DNA from: Bacteroidia bacterium
GTDB taxonomy: Bacteria; Bacteroidota; Bacteroidia; NS11-12g; UBA9320
Length of the DNA stretch: 64,000 bases
Assembly (NCBI GenBank): GCA_965216465.1
Contig: CBDCFW010000003.1
Location: 32,001 to 96,000, forward strand
Direction: 5' to 3'
The number at the start of each line of letters is the position of its first letter. Within the stretch, counting starts at the first letter, position 1. Under the pieces are notes generated by a model, which saw only the letters and a program-made list of their open reading frames with translations, did not search any database and had not been told where the DNA came from. Position numbers and translations under genes: made by a program. Below are positions 1 to 10,686 of this stretch, piece by piece.

Positions 1-47
1 AACTTAAGTGGCCCTTTAAGCTCAATCGATGTAACAGATATGATCAT
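1..47 (-). CDS. 5' fragment of a CDS running off the window edge (MIISVTSIELKGPLK...)
   Basis: ATG at 47-45 overlaps the stop of the upstream gene; frame open to the edge. Confidence 0.45.
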   Translation of the reverse strand, partial: MIISVTSIELKGPLK

Positions 48-451
48 TAGTCTTCGGGAGGTACTTCAATGTTCAATTGGTTAATAACAACAAGCGGTCC
101 TCCGCAATACGAATTGTGGCAGCTTCTGCACGCGTCTATTGAAGCGTTGTAGTAATAAAGTTGAGAGTCTCCTCTTTCAATGCCTTTAAGGGCACTCAAA
201 TAGGGATTGGTTAGCGATTGAAACACATCTTCTTTGTGCTCGTCTCGCGTAGCTTCTTTGTGCTTCAGGTCCCAAAACGAAGCAGGAATACTGTCTATAG
301 TCTCTCCGTTTTCTAATTTCGTTTTCGCTTCCTTACTGAAATTTTCCATATCGCGCATCAAAATTGATAATTCCGATGGGTCATACATGTCCGCATTTTG
401 GGAACATGCAAACGCAGATACAGCAATTAGAAAAACAATTAGATATTTCAT
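47..451 (-). CDS. Lipoprotein with one C-terminal c-type heme motif (cytochrome c'-like)
   Basis: Lipobox-like AFAC; CRSCH (CxxCH) near the C-terminus; helical-looking sequence. Confidence 0.65.
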   Translation of the reverse strand: MKYLIVFLIAVSAFACSQNADMYDPSELSILMRDMENFSKEAKTKLENGETIDSIPASFWDLKHKEATRDEHKEDVFQSLTNPYLSALKGIERGDSQLYYYNASIDACRSCHNSYCGGPLVVINQLNIEVPPED

Positions 452-894
452 TTGATAACTACTCCGTTAGCAGTAAAGCTTAGCTTAACTAGTGGGTCGG
501 TAATCGCAGCAATTTCTTCTTCAGTTTGCTCAGCGTCTCTAGCATATTCTTGCTGTTCAGCAACTGACAAAGTATCAACGTAGGCCCAACCCTGCATTGT
601 AGCATTATAGCCAGCACTGTTCATGGGAACAAAGAATCCGTAGTCTTTAAACTTAACAATCATATCTTGACCACCGGCATCCATGCTCATCCAACATCCT
701 TTTGCTTGACATGCTGCTTTGATTTCACCATTAACAGTTGCAAAAACTGAATCTTTACCTTGGAGTTGTCCAACAAGATCAGCCGCAGTGATGCTTTCAG
801 TTTCGGTCCAAGAAGTGTCACCATAATCGCCAGCCACAGAAGAACATCCAAAGCCGAAGATTACTAAAACAAGAAGGTATAGTGTATTTTTCAT
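448..894 (-). CDS. DUF4920-family lipoprotein
   Basis: Lipobox GFGC; CQAKGCWM and VKFKDYGFFVP motifs. Confidence 0.8.
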   Translation of the reverse strand: MKNTLYLLVLVIFGFGCSSVAGDYGDTSWTETESITAADLVGQLQGKDSVFATVNGEIKAACQAKGCWMSMDAGGQDMIVKFKDYGFFVPMNSAGYNATMQGWAYVDTLSVAEQQEYARDAEQTEEEIAAITDPLVKLSFTANGVVIK

Positions 895-900
895 GTGTAT

Positions 901-1503
901 TTATACAGATTTATATGATTGCAAATTTACCTTTTCTTGGCAGAATTGGTATTCAATTTCTTGATTTGAGGCAACAATAACCATGTCGTTTTGCCAATAC
1001 TTTTCTATCATGGCATTGTACCATACCGAATTGGCGTTATCAAAGTTTGTGCAAGGTTCGTCAAGAAGAAGGGCAGAAGTATTAGTGAACAACGCTAGGC
1101 TTAACTTAACCTTGTTCTTCAACCCAGACGAAAGGTTGCTGTATTTCTTATTCAAGAAATTGCTGAGGTTTGCCTCTTTTACTTGCTCAGAAATTGGTAT
1201 TCGAGGTTGTTTAAACTTAAAGTGGAGCTGAAATAACTCTTCTACAGTGAAATCATCTAAAAGGTGCATTTCAGGGCTGCAAAAACTGATCGCAGCTTCG
1301 CTAGTGGTTTCAGGAGAGAATGAAATTTGTCCTTTAGTCGGAGCTAGAACACCACCAATGATCTTTAATAAAGTACTCTTTCCAGATGAATTCGGTCCGA
1401 GTAATGCGTACTTTTTAGGGTGTTCAAATGTGAAATCAAAGTCTTTGAATAAAACTTCTTGATTAAACCGTTTGGCAACTCCTTTGCACGCTATGGTTTT
1501 CAT
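901..1503 (-). CDS. ABC-type ATP-binding protein
   Basis: Walker A GPNSSGKST, signature LSSG, Walker B LLLDEP. Confidence 0.9.
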   Translation of the reverse strand: MKTIACKGVAKRFNQEVLFKDFDFTFEHPKKYALLGPNSSGKSTLLKIIGGVLAPTKGQISFSPETTSEAAISFCSPEMHLLDDFTVEELFQLHFKFKQPRIPISEQVKEANLSNFLNKKYSNLSSGLKNKVKLSLALFTNTSALLLDEPCTNFDNANSVWYNAMIEKYWQNDMVIVASNQEIEYQFCQEKVNLQSYKSV

Positions 1504-2285
1504 TACCGTGATAGGTATCCTTTCATAACACCTCTATCAGAAGCACGAATGAAGCTGATAATTTCATCACGCTCTTGCGTTGCAGGCATTTCGGTTTCAA
1601 TTTTGGCCAACGCCTTAGCATTGTTCAATCCACGTAGATACATGTTTCTATAGATCTCCTGAATTTCTGCAATTTTTTCGGAAGAGAATCCTCTTCTTCT
1701 CAGACCTATACTGTTTACACCTTCATAACTCAATGGCTCACGAGCTGCTTTAGTATATGGTGGAACATCTTTACGAACCAAAGATCCTCCAGATATCATC
1801 ACGTGCGATCCAATCTTAACAAACTGGTGTACAGCACTTAAACCACCTAAAATTGCGTGGTCTCCGACAACTACATGACCTGCTAATTGAACGGCGTTAG
1901 CCAGAATCACATTATCTCCAAGTACACAATCATGTGCAATATGAGCGTAGGCCATAATTAAACAGTTGTTGCCAACTTTAGTTGTACCTCTATCACTAGT
2001 ACCTCTGTTTATAGTTACACATTCACGTATGGTAACGTTATCTCCAATTTCAACTAAACTTTTTTCTCCGTCAAATTTTAAATCTTGAGGAATCGCAGAA
2101 ATTACAGCTCCAGGAAAAATTCGACAATTCTTGCCAATTCGAGCTCCTTCCATAATAGTAACATTGGACCCAATCCAAGTTCCTTCTCCAATTTCTACAT
2201 CTTTATGAATCGTAACAAAAGGCTCAATTACTACATTATCAGCAATTTTTGCCCCGGGGTTAACATATGCTAAGGGTTGAATCAT
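1503..2285 (-). CDS. lpxA: UDP-N-acetylglucosamine O-acyltransferase
   Basis: Hexapeptide repeats, PQDLKF, HIAHDC; lipid A operon context. Confidence 0.97.
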   Translation of the reverse strand: MIQPLAYVNPGAKIADNVVIEPFVTIHKDVEIGEGTWIGSNVTIMEGARIGKNCRIFPGAVISAIPQDLKFDGEKSLVEIGDNVTIRECVTINRGTSDRGTTKVGNNCLIMAYAHIAHDCVLGDNVILANAVQLAGHVVVGDHAILGGLSAVHQFVKIGSHVMISGGSLVRKDVPPYTKAAREPLSYEGVNSIGLRRRGFSSEKIAEIQEIYRNMYLRGLNNAKALAKIETEMPATQERDEIISFIRASDRGVMKGYLSR

Positions 2286-2286
2286 T

Positions 2287-3690
2287 TTATTTGTTTTCTA
2301 CTATTTGGGCCATCATTAAAGCTTCACAAACCATTTTATTTCCTACGAAAGCTTCTCCTTTCATCATGCAAAGACCGCGTCGTACAGGGGCAGTAAGTGC
2401 CATTCTTATAATTAGTGTATCGCCAGGTACAACTTTATCCTTAAACTTGGCATTTTCAATTTTTACAAAGTACGTACTCCATTTTTCAGGATTCTCTTTG
2501 TCGTTAAGAACCAAAACACCACCAGCTTGAGCCATTGCTTCAAGTTGAAGAACACCTGGCATGATGGGCTCTTCTGGGAAATGCCCTTGGAAAAAGTATT
2601 GGTCTCCTGTAATATTTTTAATCGCCACCACTTCATTGTCGGTAAGCTTTACCACTTTGTCAACCAATAAAAATGGATGCTTATGTGGTAAGATTTTAGC
2701 TATTTCTTGGTGGTTGTAAAGTGGAGTTGTATTTGGGTCGTAAGCTGGAATGTTTGCTCCTAACTTCGCTTCTTTTTTAGATTTTTCGTATGCACGCTTA
2801 ATCAATTTCGCAAATTCTACATTTGCTTTGTGTCCTGGTCGAGCTGCCATTACCTGAGCTCGAATTGGCACACCTGCCAAAGCAAGATCACCAACCATAT
2901 CAAGCAATTTGTGACGTGCTGGCTCATTTTGGAATCGAAGTTCTACGTTGTTAAGAATTCCTTCTTTTCTAACTTCAACTTTGTCTTTGTTAAAGAGCTT
3001 AGCAAGTTTATCCATCTCCTCATCTTCAATCTTTCTATCTACAATTACGATGGCATTGTTAAGGTCTCCACCTTTAATTAAATCGTTGTCAAGAAGCATT
3101 TCTAATTCATGTAGGAAGCAGAATGTTCTACAGCTTGAAATTTCTTCTGTAAACTCTCCAAGGTTTACTATCGAGGCATGTTGAGACCCAAGGACAGGAG
3201 AATTATAGTCAACCATTACGGTTAAGCGATAATCGTCTGCAGGAAGAGCCATCATTTCAACACCTTCGCCATCTGAGTAGTTAATTCTGCTTGGAATTTC
3301 GAAGTATTCGCGCTCTTTCTTTTGCTCTTGAATACCTGTTGATTTAAGTAGGTCGATAAACGGTTTAGAACTACCATCCATGATTGGCGTTTCTGGTCCG
3401 TTTAGCTTAATCAATACATTATCGATTTCAAGTCCAGCCAAAGCGGCGAGCACGTGCTCTACGGTATTTACCCGAGCACCATTGTCTTCAATGGTTGTAC
3501 CTCTTGAAGTGTCAACAACCAAGTCGCAGTCGGCTTTTACCTTTGGTTGACCTTCGATGTCTACACGTTGAAACACATATCCATGATCTTCAGGAGCAGG
3601 TTCAAACGTCAGTGTAACTTCCATTCCGGTGTGTAGTCCAACACCAGAAATGCTTACTTCACTTTTAATTGTGGTTTGGAGCTTATCCAT
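2287..3690 (-). CDS. lpxC: Bifunctional LpxC deacetylase / FabZ dehydratase
   Basis: GVGLHTG, TVEH, HKLLD (LpxC) plus LPHKHPFLLVD, FQGHFP (FabZ); typical Bacteroidota fusion. Confidence 0.97.
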   Translation of the reverse strand: MDKLQTTIKSEVSISGVGLHTGMEVTLTFEPAPEDHGYVFQRVDIEGQPKVKADCDLVVDTSRGTTIEDNGARVNTVEHVLAALAGLEIDNVLIKLNGPETPIMDGSSKPFIDLLKSTGIQEQKKEREYFEIPSRINYSDGEGVEMMALPADDYRLTVMVDYNSPVLGSQHASIVNLGEFTEEISSCRTFCFLHELEMLLDNDLIKGGDLNNAIVIVDRKIEDEEMDKLAKLFNKDKVEVRKEGILNNVELRFQNEPARHKLLDMVGDLALAGVPIRAQVMAARPGHKANVEFAKLIKRAYEKSKKEAKLGANIPAYDPNTTPLYNHQEIAKILPHKHPFLLVDKVVKLTDNEVVAIKNITGDQYFFQGHFPEEPIMPGVLQLEAMAQAGGVLVLNDKENPEKWSTYFVKIENAKFKDKVVPGDTLIIRMALTAPVRRGLCMMKGEAFVGNKMVCEALMMAQIVENK

Positions 3691-4723
3691 TTACAGATTT
3701 ATTTTCTTTTGTTATTTCTTCTAGATTTCGAACTCTTTTTTCAAGCTCAGGTAAGTTTCTATAGACCACCTGTGCCTTTAGCGAATCTTTTACAGGCATA
3801 TGAGGTGTTCCTGTTATTTTTAGGCCTTCTTCCTTAATGTTATTTGAAATTCCGCTCTGTGCACCGATTTGTGTTTTATTGGCAATAGTTACATGGCCTA
3901 CAATACCAGCTTGTCCTGCAATTACACAATTTTCACCAACTTTAGTACTTCCTGCTATGGCTACTTGTCCGGCAATTACAGAGTTTTTACCTATTTCAAC
4001 ACCATGAGCAATTTGAATCAGATTATCCAATCGACATCCGTCGTGAATAATAGTGCTTCCCATGTTTGCACGATCAATGCTACAATTTGACCCGATTTCT
4101 ACTTCGTTACCCACTACAACATTTCCTATTTGAGGAATCTTAATGTAAGTTCCATTGGGTAGCGGGGCGTGACCGAAGCCATCCGAACCAATTACAGTTC
4201 CACTATGAATAAGGCAATCGTTACCAATTTTAGTGTTGTAGTATATTGAAACATTGGAGTGTATTGTTGTATTTGAACCTATCTCAGAGTTTTCATAAAT
4301 ACAGGTATTAGCGAAAACCTTTGAATTGTCACCTAAGGTCACATGGTTTCCTATATAGGCATGTGCACCGATATGACAATTCTCTCCAATTTTAGCAGTT
4401 GGTTCTATTACCGCAGTTGGATGAATTCCAGCGTTTGGATCTTTGTAATCAAAAAACTGAATCAGCATCTGACAAAATGCAACATATGGGTGGTCGCAAC
4501 GTATTGCCGTTACATCTTCTGGAATCGGATTTATTTCTTTGCTTACTAAAACAATTCCAGCTTTAGTCGTCTGAAGAAAATTCTGATACTTTTTGTTAGA
4601 GATAAAGCATAAATGGTGGGGGAGAGCTTCTTCAATTTTAGCCACCGAAGTAACTTCAATAGACTCGTCTCCTACAACTGTACCATTTATAAGTTCTGCT
4701 ATTTTAGCTGCGGTAAGTTTCAA
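3683..4723 (-). CDS. lpxD: UDP-3-O-acylglucosamine N-acyltransferase
   Basis: Hexapeptide repeats, IGSDGFG, DNLIQIAH. Confidence 0.96.
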   Translation of the reverse strand: MKLTAAKIAELINGTVVGDESIEVTSVAKIEEALPHHLCFISNKKYQNFLQTTKAGIVLVSKEINPIPEDVTAIRCDHPYVAFCQMLIQFFDYKDPNAGIHPTAVIEPTAKIGENCHIGAHAYIGNHVTLGDNSKVFANTCIYENSEIGSNTTIHSNVSIYYNTKIGNDCLIHSGTVIGSDGFGHAPLPNGTYIKIPQIGNVVVGNEVEIGSNCSIDRANMGSTIIHDGCRLDNLIQIAHGVEIGKNSVIAGQVAIAGSTKVGENCVIAGQAGIVGHVTIANKTQIGAQSGISNNIKEEGLKITGTPHMPVKDSLKAQVVYRNLPELEKRVRNLEEITKENKSVNG

Positions 4724-4740
4724 TAGGCGGCAAAATTAAG

Positions 4741-5952
4741 CTATTTAGGATAGCTAATAAAATATTTAATTTGAGGCTTGCTTTCCTTTGACAGATTATA
4801 AATTTCAGAGGTATCAGCAAGGTCTTTTAAACTTCCATTCTTCATATTAATCTTTAGAGGGTCACCCGTAGAGGTATAGGTGCTGTTGGATAACTTTCCT
4901 GTAACCACAAAGTGCTGAGCGCCAGTGCTATCTATTTCAAAAGCCTCCATAACACGCTCAGTTTTTTCAGAAACTACTGATTCTGAGAAAGGCTCATCCG
5001 CTATAATGATTTTAGGTAGATTTCGATTGATTAGCATGGTACAAAGCATAGATAAAGCCGCATCTTCGCTATGCTGCCATACTTTAATAGCACTGATAAT
5101 ATCGCTATCGTCTAAACTACAGAAATTTTCAAGCACTTGGTCGTTCATATCGGCTCGTGTAAAGTTTTGCTCTAAAAAGTATTGTAAAAAGGGACTAGCA
5201 AACAAGCTTTCACCATTTTGAACCAAGTACTTTGCTCGCTTAAGAATATTTAGCATTAATCGGTCAGCTGCTATTGATGCTTTATGAAGATATACTTGCC
5301 AGTACATAAATCGACGAGCAAGAAGAAATTTCTCTACCGAATAAATTCCTTTTTCATCCAATACCAACTCATCATCTTTAACATTAAGCATCTGAATAAT
5401 GCGTTCGATACCAACCATACCTTCTGATACTCCAGAGTAAAAGCTGTCTCGTCTTAAGTAATCCAATCTATCCATATCGAGTTGGCTTGATACCAGCTGA
5501 TGAAAAAACTTGCGGCCGTATTTATTTTCAAAAATTTCAATGGCCAAATTCAATCGACCATTCATCTTCTTGTTGATTTTGTGCATCAATACACTCGAAA
5601 GGTCTTCGTGATTAAGTCCGATAAATATGGAGTTCTCAAGACTATGTGAAAAAGGCCCATGTCCTATATCATGAAGCAAAATTGCCAGAAGAACTGCTTC
5701 TTCTTCGGCTAAACTAATTTCAATGTCTTTTGACCTCAACGTCTCAACAGCAGTTTGCATCAGGTGCATGGCACCAATGGCATGATGAAATCGTGTGTGA
5801 AGAGCCCCAGGATACACCAAATGGGCAAGCCCCAGTTGCTTAATTCGTCTCAGTCGTTGAAACTCCGGAAGTTGGATACAATCAAATATGATGTCGTGAT
5901 GTATGGTGATGAAACCATAGATCGGATCGTTTATAATTTTCTTTTTATTCAA
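4741..5952 (-). CDS. HD-domain phosphohydrolase (dNTPase-like)
   Basis: RLRRIKQLG, HTRFHH, LLHDIGHGPFSH, DMDRLDYL. Confidence 0.92.
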   Translation of the reverse strand: MNKKKIINDPIYGFITIHHDIIFDCIQLPEFQRLRRIKQLGLAHLVYPGALHTRFHHAIGAMHLMQTAVETLRSKDIEISLAEEEAVLLAILLHDIGHGPFSHSLENSIFIGLNHEDLSSVLMHKINKKMNGRLNLAIEIFENKYGRKFFHQLVSSQLDMDRLDYLRRDSFYSGVSEGMVGIERIIQMLNVKDDELVLDEKGIYSVEKFLLARRFMYWQVYLHKASIAADRLMLNILKRAKYLVQNGESLFASPFLQYFLEQNFTRADMNDQVLENFCSLDDSDIISAIKVWQHSEDAALSMLCTMLINRNLPKIIIADEPFSESVVSEKTERVMEAFEIDSTGAQHFVVTGKLSNSTYTSTGDPLKINMKNGSLKDLADTSEIYNLSKESKPQIKYFISYPK

Positions 5953-6067
5953 AGATGAAATAAAATGTTGTTTTAAGAGTTGAATTATATGTGATTTGCA
6001 AATAATAGTTCAACACGTTAAACCGCAAAGTTTAAAGAAATAAATTGAATTTACGAGAACAGAATAT

Positions 6068-7627
6068 ATGAATGAAATAAAAATATTATGGGCTGATGAT
6101 GAGATAGAACATCTCAAATCACACCTGTTTTTTTTAGAGGAGAAGGGGTATAAATTGAGCACGGTTACCAACGGTCTTGACGCCATCGAGCGGGTAAAAA
6201 AGGAACACTTTGATTTGGTATTCTTGGATGAAAACATGCCTGGAATTTCCGGACTAGAAGCTCTAAAAGCAATAAAAGAGATAGAAAGCAATACGCCTGT
6301 GGTGATGATTACCAAGAGCGAGGAAGAGCAAATTATGGAGGATGCCATAGGTTCAAAAATTGCCGACTACTTGATTAAACCGGTTAATCCAAGACAAATT
6401 TTGCTGACTATCAAGAAGTTAACCGATAACAAACGATTGGTTACAGAAAGTGTAACGCAGCGCTATCAACAAGATTTTAGAAATATAGGAATGGCTTTCA
6501 TGGATCATATCGATTGGTCACGATGGAAAGACCTTTACAAGAAGCTTGTTTATTGGGAAACAGAAATGGATAGCTCCAACGAAACTGGTATGGAGGAAAT
6601 TCTCAAAACCCAGAAGGCAGATGGCAATAGAGAATTCACCAAATACATAGAGAAGAACTACCTGAGCTTTATCCAATACAACAATTCGGACGAAGATGCA
6701 CCCATCATGTCGCACAATTTGATGGCCAAAGGAATTTTACCTCAAAAAGTACAGGGACAACCGTTCTTTTTATTGGTGCTCGATAATTTACGTTTTGACC
6801 AATGGAAGACCATTCAAAATGAGATCAGCAATTACTACAGAACAGTAAATGAGGATTTGTATTTAAGCATATTGCCAACAACTACTCAGTACGCTAGAAA
6901 TGCTATTTTTAGTGGATTGATGCCGATGGATATCGAAAAGAGATTTGGCAATAAGTGGAGCAACGATGAAGATGAAGGAGGGAAAAATAATCATGAGGAA
7001 TTCTTCTTAAACGACTTATTTAAACGTTTAAGAACGGGTTACGAGTCCAAATACCTAAAGGTTACCAATTTGAATAATGCTAAGAATATGGTAGAGCAAC
7101 TTCCTAATTTGATAAAAGAAGAATTTGTCACCATAGTATATAACTTCATCGATACGTTGTCTCATGCACGAACCGATTCTAAGATTATGAGAGAATTGGC
7201 AGAAGATGAGGCTGCATATCGAAAATTAACCTTGAGCTGGTTTCAACATTCACCACTTTTAGATGCAATTAAGTATTTAGCATCAAAGGGTATCAAGCTT
7301 GTGATAACTACCGATCATGGATCTGTTAGAGTGGATAATCCTGTTAAGATTGTTGGCGATAAGAATACCACAACAAACTTGAGGTATAAAACGGGCAAGC
7401 GTTTAAATTATAATGCTAAAGAAGTATTCGAGGTTGGTAAACCACATGAGGCCATGCTTCCACAGAATAATGTGAGCAGCAAGTTTGTATTTTGTAAGGA
7501 GAATGACTTCTTTGTTTATCCCAACAACTTAAATCACTATGCCAAGTATTATATGGATACCTTTCAACACGGAGGTATTTCAATGGAGGAGATGATAATC
7601 CCTCTGATTACCTTGGAAGCTAAGTAA
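6068..7627 (+). CDS. porX: T9SS-associated response regulator with PglZ domain
   Basis: N-terminal receiver (WADDE, FLDENMPG), PglZ motifs (LPTTTQYARNAIF, TTDHG, FQHGGISMEE); upstream of tsaE. Confidence 0.92.
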   Translation: MNEIKILWADDEIEHLKSHLFFLEEKGYKLSTVTNGLDAIERVKKEHFDLVFLDENMPGISGLEALKAIKEIESNTPVVMITKSEEEQIMEDAIGSKIADYLIKPVNPRQILLTIKKLTDNKRLVTESVTQRYQQDFRNIGMAFMDHIDWSRWKDLYKKLVYWETEMDSSNETGMEEILKTQKADGNREFTKYIEKNYLSFIQYNNSDEDAPIMSHNLMAKGILPQKVQGQPFFLLVLDNLRFDQWKTIQNEISNYYRTVNEDLYLSILPTTTQYARNAIFSGLMPMDIEKRFGNKWSNDEDEGGKNNHEEFFLNDLFKRLRTGYESKYLKVTNLNNAKNMVEQLPNLIKEEFVTIVYNFIDTLSHARTDSKIMRELAEDEAAYRKLTLSWFQHSPLLDAIKYLASKGIKLVITTDHGSVRVDNPVKIVGDKNTTTNLRYKTGKRLNYNAKEVFEVGKPHEAMLPQNNVSSKFVFCKENDFFVYPNNLNHYAKYYMDTFQHGGISMEEMIIPLITLEAK

Positions 7628-8055
7628 TGCAAGAAAAGTTAATTATCTGCTCGCTTGAGGATCTCCGGAATGTTTCAGAGCTGGTTAGTGCTTTTATACA
7701 ATCTACAGGTCGTAATGTTGTGTTACTAAATGGTGATTTAGGAACTGGCAAAACGTCATTTGTAAAGGACTTTGTCAAGTTAAAAACTGGACTAGATCAA
7801 GCCGATAGCCCAACTTTTTCTTTGGTAAACGACTATGATTATAATCAAGGAATTATTCATCACTTTGATTTGTATCGAATTGATAGTCAGGAGGAAATCG
7901 AAGATATCGGATTTTGGGACTACATCGAATCGGGCAATCCTTGCTTTATTGAGTGGCCGGATAAAATTGCACACATATTGCCGGAGGAGAAACTATTAAA
8001 TATCTCGATTGAACTAAATTTGAACCAGTGCAGAGAATTTTCAGTCTCATATTAG
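7627..8055 (+). CDS. tsaE: t6A tRNA modification ATPase
   Basis: GDLGTGKT, SPTFSLVN, HFDLYR, IEWP. Confidence 0.95.
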   Translation: MQEKLIICSLEDLRNVSELVSAFIQSTGRNVVLLNGDLGTGKTSFVKDFVKLKTGLDQADSPTFSLVNDYDYNQGIIHHFDLYRIDSQEEIEDIGFWDYIESGNPCFIEWPDKIAHILPEEKLLNISIELNLNQCREFSVSY

Positions 8056-9173
8056 CTGCTGGTTTTGGGTTAACATCATTTTCTCAGGTTTATCAAGATT
8101 CGCTTGCTGCAAAAGTGAACCAAGTAGATTCAGTTTTTGAGCAGGTTTTTGCGTACGAAAGCTTTGGGCCAAAGCCGATCGGAAGTGACTCTTTAGAACA
8201 GGTAAGAGCTTGGTTGACTGAGAAGTACACGCAGTATGGGTATACGGTAAGTTATGATACTTTCTCCCGTGGTCAGATAGAATGTTATAATGTAATAATT
8301 GAGAAAAAAGGTGATGATTCAACCAAGTGGGTGATAGTTGGTGCTCATTACGATTCGGTTGATGATGGGCCTGGAGCTAATGACAACGGAACAGGAGTTG
8401 TGGCAACGCTTCAGATTGCAAAAATTATCAAATCAATAAGCACAAAGCATAGTGTGCGAATTATCAATTTTTCTGCGGAAGAAACAGGGTTCAATGGAAG
8501 TTCACATTACGTATCAAATACGCTGGATACCACTGATAATGTGTTACTTATGATAAATCTTGATCAGCTTGGCGGAACGGCAAATGCAGATAATTCGAAA
8601 ATTGTTTGCGAACGAGACGAAGACGATAACCCCATTGAAAACAATCAAGCATCTCATTTGAGTACAGATACATTAGCACGATTAGTAGCTTTGTACACCG
8701 ACCTAACTCCAACGCTCGATAGAGCCTTTTCGAGTGATTATGTCCCATTTGAAAATGCGGGTTATGTAATTACAGGCTTGTATCAAGAGAGCGATTATCC
8801 ATTTTATCACACGGCAAATGATGTGACATCAAACATTGACATAGAAGCTACTACAGAAGTAATTAAAGGAGCAACAGCTGCGGTTTTACATTTCAGTGGA
8901 ATGAAAGGGCTGAGTTCAATCAAACCTGTTGCAAGAGCACAAGCCAAAATTTATCCCAATCCAACTTCCAATAGTTTTATGATAAAGACTGATCAGAACG
9001 AAGCTGTAATGATTGAGTACTACAATCAATTGGGTCAAATGGTGATGAGAAAGAAAGTAATTACAAATACTTCTATTTCTGTAACCGAACTGATGTGGGG
9101 GAGTTACACACTTCAAATTTCTGGATTGAACGATGAATATTTAACACGTGCAAGGCTTATTATTGCACCCTGA
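8028..9173 (+). CDS. M28-family peptidase with T9SS type A C-terminal domain
   Basis: GAHYDS, PGANDNGTG, SAEE; IYPNP...Y.L.I tail; signal peptide. Confidence 0.88.
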   Translation: MQRIFSLILAAGFGLTSFSQVYQDSLAAKVNQVDSVFEQVFAYESFGPKPIGSDSLEQVRAWLTEKYTQYGYTVSYDTFSRGQIECYNVIIEKKGDDSTKWVIVGAHYDSVDDGPGANDNGTGVVATLQIAKIIKSISTKHSVRIINFSAEETGFNGSSHYVSNTLDTTDNVLLMINLDQLGGTANADNSKIVCERDEDDNPIENNQASHLSTDTLARLVALYTDLTPTLDRAFSSDYVPFENAGYVITGLYQESDYPFYHTANDVTSNIDIEATTEVIKGATAAVLHFSGMKGLSSIKPVARAQAKIYPNPTSNSFMIKTDQNEAVMIEYYNQLGQMVMRKKVITNTSISVTELMWGSYTLQISGLNDEYLTRARLIIAP

Positions 9174-9176
9174 AAA

Positions 9177-10544
9177 ATGAAGTATTTCTGTTGGGGAGCA
9201 GCACGTCAGGTTACCGGGAGTATGCATCTACTGCGTTTCGAAACCGGGTTTTCAATGCTTATTGATTGTGGAATTGATTATGAAGATAAATCAAACAAAA
9301 CGATTAATGCTGTTTTTCCTTTTGAGCCCAGCGAAATTGATGTTTTAGTGTTGACTCATGCACACATTGATCACAGTGGCAATATTCCCAATCTAGTACG
9401 TCAAGGATTTAAAGGCGAAGTAATTTGTACAGAACCAACTGCCTATCTTTTAGATAAGTTATGGACTGATTCTGTGGGAATTATGAATGCGGATAGTAAG
9501 CGTAAGGATAGGGTGAAACTGTATGGTTATAAGGATGTTAGAGATGCTTGTGAGCGAATATTAACACTGCCTTTTTATAAGGAGTTTTCTGTACATGATG
9601 ATGTCTCAATAGAACTTTTCGAGGCGGGTCACATTATTGGTGCCGCCAGCGTTTCTGTTAAATATAAAGAAGGACGAAAGGAGAAGAGAATCGGATTCAC
9701 TGGAGACCTTGGTAATCCAGGATCAACCTTAATTGTTGACTCCAATGTCATGCCTAAGCTAGACTATTTGGTGACGGAAACAACGTATGGAAACAGACTG
9801 CATAAAGAGACTCGCTCGGCAGAAGATGTGCTTTACGAACAAGTTTACGAATCGTGTGTCAAAAATAACGGGAGATTAATTATTCCTGCATTCAGTGTAG
9901 GAAGAACTCAAGCTATTTTGTTTACACTCAAGAAGCTTTTTAAGTCTAAAAAGTTACCACCTATTAGAGTTTTTGCAGACAGTCCATTGGCGTTAGCAAG
10001 TACAAATATTCATAATCGATTCAGCGACTTTCTGAATTTGGAAGCTCGTTCGTATGCTAAAGATCAAGGCAGCTTATTCGATTTTAAAAGCTTGCAACTG
10101 GTTGAGGATGAAGAAGATGTAGAAGAAATGGATTACTATCAAGATGCCTGTATTATAGTTTCTTCTGCCGGAATGTTAGAAGGAGGGAGAATACAGCAAC
10201 ATGTAAGTGATCACATTCAAAATCCCAAGTGCACAATACTTATCGCAGGTTTCTGTTCGCCAGGCACGTTGGGTGAGAAGTTGCTATCTGGGGCCACAAT
10301 GTTAAAGATAAAGGGCAAGGAGAAGTATGTTTATGCTAATATTCTACAGACTGATGTATTTAGTGCACATCCAGATGCAAATGGGTTGAAGGAGTATTTA
10401 AATGAGTCGGACCATTCGGCATTAAAGAAAATCATATTTGTTCATGGAGAGGAAGAGTCTATGGAGCTGCTTAAGGCTGACTTACCCTCAGCATTGGCTG
10501 AAAAGGTTCAAATTCCTGAACGAGGAGAAGAGTTTAATCTTTAG
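9177..10544 (+). CDS. MBL-fold beta-CASP metallo-hydrolase (RNA-processing family)
   Basis: THAHIDHSG, AGHIIG, FSVGRTQ, FSAHPD, VHGE. Confidence 0.9.
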   Translation: MKYFCWGAARQVTGSMHLLRFETGFSMLIDCGIDYEDKSNKTINAVFPFEPSEIDVLVLTHAHIDHSGNIPNLVRQGFKGEVICTEPTAYLLDKLWTDSVGIMNADSKRKDRVKLYGYKDVRDACERILTLPFYKEFSVHDDVSIELFEAGHIIGAASVSVKYKEGRKEKRIGFTGDLGNPGSTLIVDSNVMPKLDYLVTETTYGNRLHKETRSAEDVLYEQVYESCVKNNGRLIIPAFSVGRTQAILFTLKKLFKSKKLPPIRVFADSPLALASTNIHNRFSDFLNLEARSYAKDQGSLFDFKSLQLVEDEEDVEEMDYYQDACIIVSSAGMLEGGRIQQHVSDHIQNPKCTILIAGFCSPGTLGEKLLSGATMLKIKGKEKYVYANILQTDVFSAHPDANGLKEYLNESDHSALKKIIFVHGEEESMELLKADLPSALAEKVQIPERGEEFNL

Positions 10545-10554
10545 GTTCAAATCT

Positions 10555-10686
10555 TGAATGCAAAATATCGAGTGACTATCTACTTAACTGCAAATATGAT
10601 GAGATAAGATTGTAGTGCTGAGATAGCCACCCAATATTTTAACTAACCTTATTAATTTATAAACCGCCGCACGATCTCTCATTGCG
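10555..10686 (-). ncRNA. Candidate sRNA-1 (hairpin RNA; ends approximate)
   Basis: 20-bp stem 10640-10621 / 10581-10562, fully paired on the minus strand with three G-U pairs; upstream box and -7-like TTAGTTCG. Confidence 0.6.

Noticed and set aside
10584-10682. 32-codon minus-strand ORF (MRDRAAVYKLIRLVKILGG...) inside candidate sRNA-1
   Set aside because: No recognisable motif and the frame runs through a 20-bp stem; an RNA function explains the pattern better, though a dual role is not excluded
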